Assembly: GCA_964016885.1 (NCBI GenBank) | Contig: OZ024742.1 | Span: forward strand, 58,652,001 to 58,716,000 | Reading direction: 5' to 3' | Origin: Eledone cirrhosa | Taxonomy: Eukaryota | DNA length: 64,000 bases | In this document: piece by piece, positions 1-14,860 of the stretch | How positions within the stretch are numbered: position 1 is the stretch's first letter | Layout of the letters: every line of letters starts with the position of its first letter | Translations under genes and position numbers: made by a program | The notes under the pieces: model-generated | The model's input: the letters and a program-made list of their open reading frames with translations, nothing else | Databases searched by the model: none | What the model was told of the DNA's origin: nothing

Positions 1-1071
1 GGTGGTGGTAGTTGAAGTGGTAGTAGTGGTGGTGGTAGTTGAAGTGGTAGTAGTGGTAGTGGTTGAAGTGGTAGTAGTGGTGGTAGTTGAAGTGGTAGTA
101 ATGGTGGTGGTTGAAGTGGTAGTAGTGGTGGTGGTAGTTGAAGTGGTAGTAGTGGTGGTAGTTGAAGTGGTAGTAGTGGTGGTGGTAGTTGAAGTGGTAG
201 TAGTGGTGGTGGTAGTTGAAGTGGTAGTAGTGGTGGTGGTAGTTGAAGTGGTAGTAGTAGTAGTGGTAGTTGAAGTGGTAGTAGTGGTAGTGGTTGAAGT
301 GGTAGTAGTGGTGGTAGTTGAAGTGGTAGTAGTGGTGGTGGTAGTTGAAGTGGTAGTAGTGGTGGTGGTAGTTGAAGTGGTAGTAGTGGTGGTGGTAGTT
401 GAAGTGGTAGTAGTGGTGGTGGTAGTTGAAGTGGTAGTAGTGGTGGTGGTAGTTGAAGTGGTAGTAGTGGTGGTGGTAGTTGAAGTGGTAGTAGTGGTAG
501 TGGTAGTTGAAGTGGTAGTAGTGGTGGTGGTAGTTGAAGTGGTAGTAGTGGTGGTGGTAGTTGAAGTGGTAGTAGTGGTGGTGGTAGTTGAAGTGGTAGT
601 AGTGGTGGTGGTAGTTGAAGTGGTAGTAGTGGTGGTGGTAGTTGAAGTGGTAGTAGTGGTGGTGGTAGTTGAAGTGGTAGTAATGGTGGTGGTAGTTGAA
701 GTGGTAGTAGTGGTGGTGGTAGTTGAAGTGGTAGTAGTGGTGGTGGTAGTTGAAGTGGTAGTAGTGGTGGTGGTAGTTGAAGTGGTAGTAGTGGTGGTGG
801 TAGTTGAAGTGGTAGTAGTGGTGGTGGTAGTTGAAGTGGTAGTAGTGGTGGTGGTAGTTGAAGTGGTAGTAGTGGTGGTGGTAGTTGAAGTGGTAGTAGT
901 GGTGGTGGTAGTTGAAGTGGTAGTAGTGGTGGTGGTAGTTGAAGTGGTAGTAGTGGTGGTGGTAGTTGAAGTGGTAGTAGTGGTGGTGGTAGTTGAAGTG
1001 GTAGTAGTGGTGGTGGTAGTTGAAGTGGTAGTAGTGGTGGTGGTAGTTGAAGTGGTAGTAGTGGTGGTGGT
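1..1071. repeat. 24-bp minisatellite (GTAGTTGAAGTGGTAGTAGTGGTG)n
   Basis: Direct tandem periodicity from the window start; explains the poly-Val ORF. Confidence 0.95.
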
Positions 1072-1317
1072 TTAAACAGCTGGAATATGTTTTTGAAACA
1101 TTTTAACTTGGCCTCTGATTACGGTTGTTACTGAAACATTGATCGCACATGCACACACATACATACACACATATAAATACACGCACATACACGCACATAC
1201 ACACACATACGTACACACACATACATACACATGCACACACACACACACACACGTGTGCGTGTGTATGTATGTATAGTTATATATATCCAAAATTCAAAAT
1301 CCAGGGCCTTCTCACTC

Positions 1318-1850
<533 letters not shown>

Positions 1851-2314
1851 TTGGAAAACTGTTGATGCTGGCGTTTTGTGTATAATATACGTTTTTAGAA
1901 AAGTGGATGATGGAGCGCACGGGGTTTACGTTCCTAGAGCACCCACGAAGAGGGAAAAACTGCGAATATTAGACGGTCCATAAAAATACCTATAAACCAC
2001 AAAACGTAACGTAAAATATAGGCCGGCAAATACGATATATTGTTATTAATAATTTAATATTAAAAAGCGTGAAAAAATATATATTACCACAAAAAAAACA
2101 TTAAAAAATCACAGAAGATATTTACGATTCCGCGAATATGCGGTGGTTTCCACGAACAATTATTAGTTAGGTATACTGCAATTATTAGTTAGGTATACGG
2201 GGGTATACTTCACATCTGACATGTCAACTCTTTCCGTCCGTCGGGGAGATCTCCCACCCACTTTGAGGTGGGTGACAGATGTCTTTGCTTGTGAAAATGT
2301 ATATAGCTTTCATT

Positions 2315-2492
2315 ATCAGTATCGGTAGAGGGTCGGACGCTATGCTTTGACGCATAGAGTTACAGCCCTTGCCATTCTGAGTTAAAATCCCGCCGAGGTT
2401 AACTTTGCCTTTCATCCTTATGGGGTCGATAAAATAAAGTACCAGTAATACACTGGGTAATTGCTGGCCTTGTGCCAAAAGTAGAAACAATT
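2315..2492 (+). mobile_element. tRNA-derived SINE family A (MetaSINE-like core)
   Basis: B-box-like gagttaaaatccc; core ctttgcctttcatcctt..ggggtcgataaaataaagtacc; tail ggccttgtgccaaaagtagaaac; roughly 25 copies or fragments in the window. Confidence 0.85.
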
Positions 2493-2644
2493 ATGTAAAA
2501 AACTCCCCATTTTGTCTATTTCTCCGCGTTTTGGAGCCCTTTTTTCCGTGGTACTCTCCGTTTAGATTTTTAGAGGTTTTGATTTCGTTTCTGGCAACAT
2601 GACCCTCCGAAAGTACAACAATATATATATATACAGTATATACA

Positions 2645-2715
<71 letters not shown>

Positions 2716-2897
2716 GTATGAATGGAGGTTGTAGCTGCAATAGAGCAATTACTGATCGAATTGCTTGAGGCAGTCAAAAAGCACTCAATGGAGCGAGAAG
2801 TTAATACATTATCGTCCAGTGTAAACACAAATGTTAATAAAGTGTGACAAGAAAACGGACCAAAAGCAGTGGCCAGACAACGATAAATACAAATAGG

Positions 2898-2939
<42 letters not shown>

Positions 2940-3146
2940 GAATGTAAATATATATATATATATTTATATATATATACACCCCACTCTCAAGCATGAACCT
3001 AATACTTAACACCTTTCGTAACTGTACTCCTTGTTGTCGTTTACTTTTCCAATATATATATGTAATAATAATAAATTTGAAGACTAAAATCCGATTCTTT
3101 GCTTAAACTTTAATCTGTTATTTTAATAAATATAAATATATATATA

Positions 3147-5338
3147 GTAATAATAATAAATTTGAAGACTAAAATCCAAAGAGGGCTCGATAAGGATAAA
3201 TATATATCAAATATATAAGAACCGTAGAGCAAATATTTATTAAAATAACAGATTAAAGTTTAAGAATCGCAGCTTTCACCCTTAACGGGATCTTCTGAAA
3301 CTAACAAAGTCAATCTGTAAACGCAGAAGTGGATATTTCAAAAAACGTTGCAGCCGGAGGAAGACAGGAAGACGATACTTTGGTTCGTGTAAACGTTCCC
3401 TGGCAAAGAACGGGAAAAAACGAATATAATACGTCATTAATAGGAGCGGTGACAAACAATTACGCGCAAAGACAGAACCACGTTTATGGTATAACAGAAG
3501 TCGTAGACTAATGTTCTCTTAGGTGGTTCATAGAGACGTTCTCTGGCAATGAACGGAAAAACGAAGATAATACGTCATATGTGGAGCGTGGAGAACAATT
3601 GCACGCAAAGACAAAACCACGTAAATGGTATAGCTGAAGTCGTAGACTAAAATTCTAACTAGGAAACCGAATGAATCTCCGCTTCAGAGTTAAGAATAAA
3701 GTAAATAAAATACAATACAGAGGTAATAGAAATTAAATAAATACATACACGCATGCAAATACGTACATACAAAAGCATACGCGAAAACACTTGCCATAGG
3801 TATACAAAACCACGCACATATAAATATGTGTGTGTGTGTATGCGTGTATACAAATAAATAAATAATTAAATAAACGTATATAAATAAATAAATACGTATA
3901 TAACAAGCACACACACATACCTACATGTAAATACACAAATGTTCGGAGACGTAAGTCAGCCAAAACATGAAGTACACATATACACACACCCTACATACGT
4001 ACGAACCTGCATACTCACACAGACACAAAACTCCCGTATACACATAACCAAACCATATGTACCAGAATATATAAAAATTTATACGCCATAACATATACAT
4101 TCAAATATACGTACGAGAAAATATACGTACCTTCGCAAAACATACAGGTCATATATACTTACCTATGCAAATAAGTAATGGTATAAACAAAACATATACT
4201 TAGCTACCACATCAAGACGTAAAATATCCACGTATAGATCGTACTATCCGTTAGGGTATAACGTGGGGCTGTAATACAGGAAAGTTTTGTGCCTCAGATT
4301 TTTTGTTTAAGATGTGGTCTGTGGCGCAGAGTATTTCCAGGGCCTCAGCGGCGCAGAGGTCACATGGTCTTTTATTTCCGTTATACGATCTAGCCCTAGC
4401 TAGGATCTCCCAGTGTAACTTATATTGGGTGTGGTTGTCTTTTAGACTCCAGATATAAGCTGAAAGTGACGTCATATTCCTTCTTAGAGGGTAACGAAAA
4501 GAATGGGTATGCATGTAAAGACGCTGCTTGAATCTATTGGCGGTTAACCCTATGTAGGCCCTACGGGACATGGGTGTTACAACCTTACATTTGTAGACAA
4601 TGTTACTAGAGAGGCATTTCCCGGATAGGGAGCAATCAACCCGATTCCTACAATTACAGTTAGTACTACTACAGGGTTGCACGTGTTCCTACGGCTAGGT
4701 AGTTTAGCTAAATTTGAAGCTGTGATGTTATGTGCAAGGTTAGGAGTCGTAGAGTAAGAAATTTTAATAGAATTTCTATTAAAAATTTTACTATATTTAT
4801 GTGTAGGGGGAAAAGGCTTCGTAATAAGGGAAAGAAAGATCTTAGCTAATGGTGTGGCCACCTCCATATTATATGGTGGGTTATACCAACAAATGCGACG
4901 GGATCTATTTCTTCTAGGTCTATTTTCGTACTCTGTATATGCTACCTTATCGACAAATCCACTCCGAGCAAGAGCTTCATTGTAATAAGTGGAATGGTCG
5001 TTGAAAATATGCTCGTTAGTAGATAGACGGGAAAGCCTCAACGAAACATTTCTTACCAGGTTCTTGGTTATGCTGGCAGGATGGTTGGAATGGTTACTTA
5101 TGTAATTAAGCGTATCATACGGCTTTCTATACGGGTAATACAATCCATTCAATAAATTGAGGGTAACGTCGAGGTAATTAACGACCGAGAGATTGACCTC
5201 AACCTGTATAGAGAGGTTGAAGCCTTTAAAGAAGGCTGTGAGTTCTTTTCTGAACCTGTCGCAAGCACGAGGTCCGCACTTAGTCATGGTCCACCATCAC
5301 GGTTTCTTTGCTTAAACTTTAATCTGTTATTTTAATAA

Positions 5339-5340
<2 letters not shown>
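3147..5340 (-). mobile_element. 5'-truncated Penelope-like retroelement 1 with 3' pLTR and short inverted 5' segment, flanked by (TA)n
   Basis: RT thumb and GIY-YIG coding remnant; 5311-5339 is the inverted repeat of 3236-3264; degenerate HHR (CAGAAGA tccc gttaa gggt GAAA) at ~3266-3300. Confidence 0.88.
4251..5287 (-). pseudogene. PLE RT C-terminus plus GIY-YIG endonuclease, frameshifted near 4680
   Basis: YLDVTLNL..YRKP..SNHP..WYNPPY; CNCR..C.L.GKCL..NIVY..YIGLTANRFKQR..H. Confidence 0.9.
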
Positions 5341-5385
<45 letters not shown>

Positions 5386-5390
<5 letters not shown>

Positions 5391-5788
5391 TAAAAAAACG
5401 AAACATCAGTGATGCATCTGGACTCAGTTTATTGCGTGTTACAATTGTTTCGCCGGCAGGTAACTCGAGACATGATCGCTGTATAGATCTGGCTGATTCT
5501 ACGACTGCAGGTTCCTTCGGACACATGCAATTCATTCGGAGAAAATAGGCTCCGAACGAACTGCTCGTGTCCGAAGGAACCTGCAGCCGTAGAATCAGCC
5601 AGATCCATACAATGATCATGTCTCGAGTTACCTGCCGGCGAAACAATTGTAACACGCAATAAACTGAGTCCAGATGCATCACTGATTTTTCGTTTTTTTT
5701 ATACTATTCACACTCTGCCCTGTATGAATATTGAGTGCTAATTTTGGCATACCGCCTATAGAAGCACCATAGCTACCATTATACACAC

Positions 5789-5790
<2 letters not shown>
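5386..5790 (+). mobile_element. Palindromic PLE-derived element: ~320-bp hairpin plus ~85-bp unpaired tail, between (TA)n tracts
   Basis: 5386-5707 is self-complementary; same family at 46340-46640; related tail at 51930-51972. Confidence 0.8.
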
Positions 5791-5851
<61 letters not shown>

Positions 5852-5855
<4 letters not shown>

Positions 5856-6000
5856 AAAAGAGTCAGGATCTAACTGTCGAAACGGTCGGAGCTCAGCCAT
5901 CGAGGTCCTGATTCTTTTCCTATTACCCACTCTACTATCCTTAGTATCGAATACTCTGGTGCGTTATGGTTCACCTGGTTTCTTACCACACTTTCTTTGT
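5852..6000 (+). mobile_element. Short inverted-end PLE-tail element (family also at 12678-12843 and 26947-27150)
   Basis: taggaaaagagtcaggatc is the inverse of ggtcctgattcttttccta; shared tail ggtgcgttatggt.cacctggtttcttaccacac then (TA)n. Confidence 0.75.
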
Positions 6001-6120
6001 TATATATAAATAGATAACTATATATATACTTAAAAATTGGACAGGAACAAAAACAGAGAGGCAGTACAAATAGTAGTTTATTAGGTTCACGCTATTGAGA
6101 GTGGGGTGGGGGGTGGGGAA

Positions 6121-6150
6121 CGACGTTTCGGGCATAGGCCCTTCATCAAG
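6121..6150 (-). ncRNA. Hammerhead-like motif (C3U variant) in a PLE 3' end running into the gap
   Basis: TTGATGA a gggc ctat gccc GAAAC GTC; stem I is weak. Confidence 0.55.
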
Positions 6151-6789
6151 AGAAAAGTGGCTAGGAAGAGAGTTCCGAGGGTGTGTGGGGGAGTGGTGGA
6201 AAGACATGTAAAAAAGGGGGGGGGGGGAACCGGAGGAAATGCGATTTTTTTAGAAGTACAAATAAACATAAAAATAAACATAAAAATAAACAAGTGGTGG
6301 AGGGTTTGAGGCGTGTAGGGGTGGTGGCGGGTGGAGTTGGGAGAGGGAGGCGGGGGTCCGAGCGGGGAGGGCTGAAGGTGGTGTTTGTGTATGTGTGTAG
6401 GTGTACGTGTGTGTGTGTGTGTGTGCGTGTGTGTGTGTGTGTATGTGAGAGTGTGGGGGAGAACGAGGTTCCATGTTCAGGTAAATGGGAACTGGTGTGT
6501 ACATGGGGTGGGGTGTAAGTCGGTGTGTGCGTGCGTGTGGATGGAGAGGGGTCAGAGGGGTGGGGAGGGGGAAGTGTGGATTCCGGAGGCTGAGTGTGTG
6601 TATGTGGGGATACGCACGTGTGTGTTTGTGTTTATACGTGGTGTTGATGTAGATGGCGTGGTTCGAAAAAAAATGTGAGTGTTTGTTCGTGGGTATGTTC
6701 CTAAAGTAGTTCCGTGGAGTGTGAGATATTTCTCATGTTATAGAGTGGATAGCTGGAACGATGATCGGTGGTCCATTTGTGGTAGTGCG

Positions 6790-6989
6790 NNNNNNNNNNN
6801 NNNNNNNNNNNNNNNNNNNNNNNNNNNNNNNNNNNNNNNNNNNNNNNNNNNNNNNNNNNNNNNNNNNNNNNNNNNNNNNNNNNNNNNNNNNNNNNNNNNN
6901 NNNNNNNNNNNNNNNNNNNNNNNNNNNNNNNNNNNNNNNNNNNNNNNNNNNNNNNNNNNNNNNNNNNNNNNNNNNNNNNNNNNNNNNNN
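6790..6989. other. Assembly gap (200 N)
   Basis: Run of N. Confidence 1.
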
Positions 6990-7738
6990 GTCTATAGGGA
7001 TATTTTAACCCGATTTTCTAAAGCTGGTTTTACAGCTATTCTCCTGCGCTCGAGATTTTCTTCCTCTTCCCCAGCCTTTCTCCATAAATATGTATATATA
7101 TATATATGTTAGTATGTATGTGTAAATATATACATAAATATGTGTGTGTGTATGTAAATATGTGTACATGCTTACGTTTGTGTCTGTTTTGTGTTTATGT
7201 CCTGAAACTTAGCTGTTCGACAAAAAGAGATCGATAGAATAAGGACCAGGCTTGAAAGTAAAAAAAATGTATTGGGTTCGATATAATCGATTTTTATTTC
7301 GCGGCATCAGCATGACCGCAGTCTAATAATTAAAACGAATAAAAGTATAAAAAGATAAATTAAAAGCGATTTTATTTTGGTCAGTGAAAAACGAATGGAT
7401 GTGCTGGACATCCGTAGGTTCCGCTAATGAGTGTTTCAGTTGTTCGAACAACGGAATAACATGTTCAGGAAATCAACGTGTAAATAGCTGAGCATTCCAC
7501 AGTCACGTGTACCCGTAACGTAGTTCTCAGGGTGATTGAGTGTGTATTACAAGTGCAGCTAAATCTTTCCAGCTGGACTGGATCAAAGCGCTGTCAGAAA
7601 CCGAACTCACAGCCTTACGATTATGAGCCAAACGCTGTAACCACTGAGCCACGTGCCTTCACATATCAGCCGCATACACATATTATCTTTTTATCCATCA
7701 TGGCGGCGAATTGGCAGAGTCGTTGGAGCGTTGGATTA

Positions 7739-7932
7739 CGAGAGTGAGCTGAAAAGTTCATAGAGTGACTTTGAAAGAGTGATGCTAGAGCTTTGAAATC
7801 TTGCATGCATTAATTCAACACTTACTAATAACTACATTGATTCTTTCTAGGGATTATGTTGAAAAATAAACCTCATTTTGTCATTCCATGAGAGTATCTT
7901 GGTTAGACTATGAACTTTCCAGCCGACCCTCA
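7739..7932. mobile_element. Mariner-type MITE with TA TSD, inserted in a SINE
   Basis: TA|cgagagtgagctgaaaagttcatag ... ctatgaactttccagccgaccctca|TA; SINE sequence continues on both sides. Confidence 0.8.
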
Positions 7933-8811
7933 TAGATGCTGCGCAGTATTTGTAGTAGCTGTTTGGCTCAGAGTTCAAATCTCGTTGAAGTCAACTTTGC
8001 CTTTCATAGTGTCAGCATCGTTAAATAAATTACCAGTTCAACGAATCGGTGGAATAGTTGGAGCGTCTGAGTCCATGTTTCGCACTACCTGTTCAGGCAA
8101 AAACCGATTTAACTTGGTACTAGTGACCTTGTATTGGCTCTTGACTTTCCTTTGGGAAGCATTGGTCACCTGGAAGTAGGGGATTTGTATACAAGGGCAA
8201 TCGCTGGTCTTCCAGACCTATGCCTTGGAGAACAACTTTCCAGATACAGATCTACGCTCGCAGACATATGGAGGTCCCGGATTTGGTGACCCAAAAGATT
8301 CTTTCGAAAGGAGATGTTACAGTCTATTCACTTGTTATAATCATATGTCTGGTACTTGATGATGGACATTGCTGTTGTGGAGACTGCAGATCTTCCACGC
8401 ACACACACACACACACACACACATCTTACCCAGACATGCATCTAGGAGAGAAACTTTCCAAGTCACATGCAGATCTATGATCTCATGAAACTTACGAAAC
8501 CTCCGGATCTAAGTGGCGCCCGTCGCTACCGACAAAGACCCTCTCACTGCTGTTATCCGGTTGAGACTGCACATGTGTGCATGTAAACTGATTCGGGATT
8601 AACATGTTATTGCTCACATGTGGTACACATATACATTGTGTTATGGAGGTTGAGGATTATTGCTAGTTTATATTTGCTATTCTTTAACACCATTAGCTAC
8701 GGATGGACGCCATTTAGAGATCTTTTGCTACTTCTTCTCATTGCGCTTGAGGTGTCTTAAATGTTTTTAGGTATAAAATACTCAGTGTTACCACAAACAC
8801 ACACACACACA

Positions 8812-8851
<40 letters not shown>

Positions 8852-8903
8852 TATGTATATATAAATGTAAATTGACACACATCTCTTTACAGAAATTTTG
8901 GCA

Positions 8904-10220
<1,317 letters not shown>

Positions 10221-10604
10221 CATACTAGCAATATTAAATTACTTAACAAGAACAAACCACAACTGTTTCATATATTGACATTGGTACAAAGCATGAAATT
10301 ATGGTTGAACTCATCGAAAACACAGATCTTAAGGTTGCAACAACAACAATAACAAACAGCTCCAACATCAATAGAAGCATCACAATCATCATCATCATCA
10401 TCATAACCACACCTCCCATCTCCACTATCAATAGTTTCTGCCTCACCGCTAACAACTAGAACAACAACACCATTTACAAATAAATACCACAATATATACA
10501 AAGAAAGCTATGTGTATATAAATATATATATATATATTTATATTTATATACATATTTAAACACATGTGTATAGATACATATGTATCAATATAATATATAT
10601 AATA

Positions 10605-10710
<106 letters not shown>

Positions 10711-10712
10711 AT

Positions 10713-10872
10713 CTAAGGCGGGTAAAATTCCCGAGATCCATGGACGAGTTCTCTCCAGCGGTCTCTGTCCCTCATTATCGCTGCCATATCCTGCATCTCC
10801 AACAGACCAGTGTCTGTCCTTAGGGCATCAACATATGTTAACCTTGGTCTTCCTCTTCTAGTGTGTCCATGT
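10713..10872 (-). mobile_element. RTE-type LINE 3' fragment (family of 26000-26380 and 47310-47470)
   Basis: Near-identical GHTRRGRPRLTYVDALRTDTGLLE segment with microsatellite tail. Confidence 0.85.
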
Positions 10873-10903
10873 ATGTATGTATATATGTATGTATATATGT
10901 ATG

Positions 10904-10965
<62 letters not shown>

Positions 10966-10982
10966 ATCTGCGTGTGTGTGTG

Positions 10983-11029
<47 letters not shown>

Positions 11030-11237
11030 AAGTGGTTATGATGAAGTATTTCATTATAATTACTTTTGGTAAGGTGAGAAAAGCTCAATGCCTGCTAAAA
11101 GTCCTCATCACAGAAGGAATTCAAAACAATCGAAATATTCTTCCGAAGTTTAAAGTTCTTGCTGTTGAGGACAGTAAGGTTAGCAGAACATAGATATTTA
11201 AAATAAGTGAACTAAGTTTATCAAATTAAGTCCATCT

Positions 11238-11368
11238 TATAATATCTAAGATCATTTCTATACAGGTGATGATCGTACATGAATATGTAAACAAGTCAAT
11301 CAGAAACAGTTAACGATTATTTACACAAAACGCAAAACATAAATACCTGCATATCATCAGGAATTATA
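11238..11368 (-). ncRNA. Hammerhead ribozyme with 95-nt extended stem II
   Basis: tataattc CTGATGA tatgcaggt...acctgtata GAAA tgatct TA gatattata; 3' half also seen at ~13640-13697 (GAAAcgatcgTA). Confidence 0.6.
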
Positions 11369-12079
11369 AAAAGGGATTGAATTTAACCAGATACATATAT
11401 AAAGAACACAAGCAGTATGAAATGTTGAACATAGGCTAGCACTTGTAGAACACAAGCAAACCAGTGTAGAAGTACAAAATGGTAAAAATGGTGTGTTTTT
11501 AAGTAGTGGTAAAAAGCAGTACATCTTATTGGATTGGCAGTATAGGTAGAGTGTCGGGCAACATGCTTCACGACAGAGAGTTACGGCCCTTTACGTTCTA
11601 AATTCAAATCTAACCTCGGTGGGATTTGAATTCAGAATGATAAGCATCGTAACTCTATGCCACAAAGCATGCTGTTCGATGCCCAACAGATACTTACAAT
11701 CCACCGTCCTAAGTAATAGGCACAAGGCCAGCAATTTTGGTGGTGGGGAAAGTCGATTAAATCTAGCCCAGTGTGTGACTGGTACTTTATTTTATCGACC
11801 CCATATGGATGAAAGGTAAAGTCGACCTCGAATAATACCTCTTTTTTTAAAATTAATAATCAGTGATGACTATTTGAAAGGAAAGTAGTGTTAGGGAACT
11901 TTGCGTTCTGAATTCAAATCCCACCGAGGTTAGCTTTGCCTTCCACTCTTACGATCGATAAATAAAGTAATGCACTGGGTTCGATTTAATCGACTTTCAT
12001 CTTCCCCCAAATTGTTGGCCTTGTGCCTAAATCAGAAACCATTATTATTATTACTTTGATATCTCAGTCATTGTTGTTA

Positions 12080-12660
12080 TTTAACCGGAAAATTTGCCCT
12101 AATGAACATCCTTCAATACAACCATAAGCATTGGCTAGTGACTCCCAGATATATTTGTGTAGACAGCTCTTCTCCATCTGAACACAGTCCTCCACGCTGA
12201 TTAGACTCTTCCACCTTCAGATCTCCTTAAGTACAGTCTATCAACAACACTCTTCTTGTGAAACATAATGTACGTAGTCATTAATTTCCTTATCTTTCTA
12301 TTCAGTTCGTTTTGCTCGTTTACATTCCATTTAAGAATTCCCGGACTATATCTAATAATAAACCCGACTTGGGAATTTACTGCACTTATTTACTGCATTT
12401 CTACTACTCAGATGTGGTTTTAGTATGTTTCTTACTCTCCTTATGTATTCAGATCTTATAATCTCCTTCATTTCTGCCCACAGAACACCCAAATATTTAT
12501 ATCCCTCTTCGGTGTCGATCTCCTTTATCAGCTCACCCGTTAATACCTTGATTCTTTGGCTTCTTGTCAATTTACCTCTCCTCATCACTAGAAATCCACA
12601 CTTATTAACACCAAATCACATACATATACCATTGCTGAAAATACGGACAGTATCAACAAG
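12080..12660 (-). mobile_element. Degraded R4/Dong-like non-LTR retrotransposon RT fragment
   Basis: GYKYLGV...EYIRRVRNILK..L and DRLYLRRSEGGR.LISVED motifs, frameshifted. Confidence 0.7.
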
Positions 12661-12917
12661 TATATTCGACTCCTCACCGTTTCGACAGCCAGATCCGAAC
12701 TCAGTTTTGATCTAGCTGTCTAAACGGTCAGAGCTCAGCCGCCTGGGTCCTGACTCTTTTCCTATTACCCACTCTACTACCCTGAGTATCGAGTACTTTG
12801 GTGCGTTATGGTCCACCTGGTTTCTTACCACACTTTCTTTGTTATATATATATATATATATATATATGCATGTAAATATAAGTATAAATGCATATCCATA
12901 TATAGAGATACATGACA

Positions 12918-13446
12918 TAGCGGGTGCGCTGATAAGTATTCCTAGATTATATAGGAAGAATGGAGGAAGAGATGGATATACAGTAGGTTTTGGGATTAGT
13001 AACAAACTTTTAAAATGGACTTTAAGGTAGAGTTATTAAGCTATTACTAATTCATCATTCTTAAGAAGTATCGTTTGAATTATTTAAGGTTCAATGGAAG
13101 AGAAATTCATTTATTATGATAACGATCATTATATTAGAATGTTTGGATTAGAAACTGTTAAAGAAGCGGGGAGATCTATAGATTAAAACTAGTAAAGTTT
13201 TAGTTAAATTTTAGGACTAAAATGTTTCGTTATTATGAGGTTAAAATTTAGTGAGCAACGTTTAAATTAGTTAAGATTCAGTGGAAGAGAGTTGCATTTA
13301 TCATGCTAATAATTATTATATTGGAGAGTTTGAGTTAGAAACTGTTTAAGAGGCGGCGAGATCTAAGATTGGAACTAGTAAAGTTTTAGTTAAATTACAT
13401 TACTAATATGTTACACTTTTATGTATTTAAAGTTTAGTGAGCAACA
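12918..13446. repeat. Mariner-like TIR end followed by two ~187-bp direct repeats (13090-13259, 13277-13446)
   Basis: tagcgggtgcgctgataagt resembles mariner termini; duplicated ttcaatggaagag...gtgagcaac. Confidence 0.5.
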
Positions 13447-13861
13447 CAAATTTAATATTTACTATAGTAGAAAGATTGGGAACTTTTATGTGGGCAGATA
13501 GAAATACTCAGATTTTCTGATAACGAAGTTAGACTTAAAAATAGAGAGGCACAAATTACACCTTGGTCAATTTTAAGAACTTTCCAATTAATGGAGAATT
13601 CTATATTGTAAATAATTATTAATTTATTGTAACTGATTGACTTGTTTACATATTCATGTACGATCATCATCTGTATGGAAACGATCGTAGATATTAAAAG
13701 AATAGTTTGATCTCCTTGGTTCTTTTCATTTAAAATTATGTATATATATATATATATGGAGAGAGAGAGAGAGAGAGTAGCATTATGATAAGCAAACTTT
13801 CGATAGACAGACAAACAGTCACCGGAAATGTATATAAAATACATAATCAAATCATGGAAGC

Positions 13862-13897
<36 letters not shown>

Positions 13898-14218
13898 AAC
13901 AACACAAACAACAACAAAAACAATAACAGCAACAAAACAACTAAAAGAAGGATTGAAGCAATAATTGAAGTAAAAGAATAATAGTAAATATAATGAAACA
14001 TCCATTACAAGGTTTATAAAAATTAGGAAGGAAGTCATTTTAGTATTAGTCCGACCATTATTAAATCACGTGACATAGGCTGGCGGTAGACAAACAAGAA
14101 AAAGAACATGAAGGACGTCGACGACAATAACAGCACCAAGAGAAAGAACAAGGAAAGCAACATTAGCGTCATCATCATCATCATCATCATCATAATCATC
14201 ATCAGCAGCAATAGTAAA

Positions 14219-14259
<41 letters not shown>

Positions 14260-14619
14260 TGTCAAGCCAACAGATGTTCTGTTTGATCAATATCAAGATG
14301 GATAATGAAAATATCCACCTTCTCCTCCTCTTGTTACTTCTCACCACCACCAACATCATCATCATCATCAATATAATCATAATAACCATCATCATCATCA
14401 ACAACAATAGCAAGAAGCATAATTTTAATTTATGTAAAATATATAAAATCTTAGGAATTATAAGAGATGGAAAATTGCAATCAGTTGCTTGTATACAAAT
14501 CTCATTTGGTCGTTCGTTTAATAAAAGACAAACGATAATGTGAAATTTGAAGATTACAAATAGGCTCGGTTAAAATATATAGAGTAACAAGTATTACAAA
14601 GATAAAGTAAATATTTTAC

Positions 14620-14860
14620 TGTGTCAGAGTGTTTGACCAGTGTATCATACCAGCAATGACTAATAGAGTAAATACATGGTTGATGACTAAAAACATGGTA
14701 AAACAGAAGCTTAGAACAACACAAAGAAGTATGAGAAGATGTATGGTAGGAAACACTAAAAATAGGAGAGAAAACTTGTCAATGGATCAGAGAGCAAACA
14801 AAAATATAGTCAGAAGAGAAAATGGAAGTGGGTGGGACATATAGAATGAACAGATGTCAA
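14620..14860 (+). mobile_element. Degraded RTE LINE fragment
   Basis: VFDQCIIPAMT...TW...KLRTTQRSMRRCMVG...KWVGHI. Confidence 0.7.

Noticed and set aside
2-1075. 357-aa poly-Val ORF, or Thr-rich mucin-like frame on the minus strand as a host exon
   Set aside because: Pure 24-bp minisatellite; the nearest AG acceptor gives an immediate stop in the required phase and no PLAC motif
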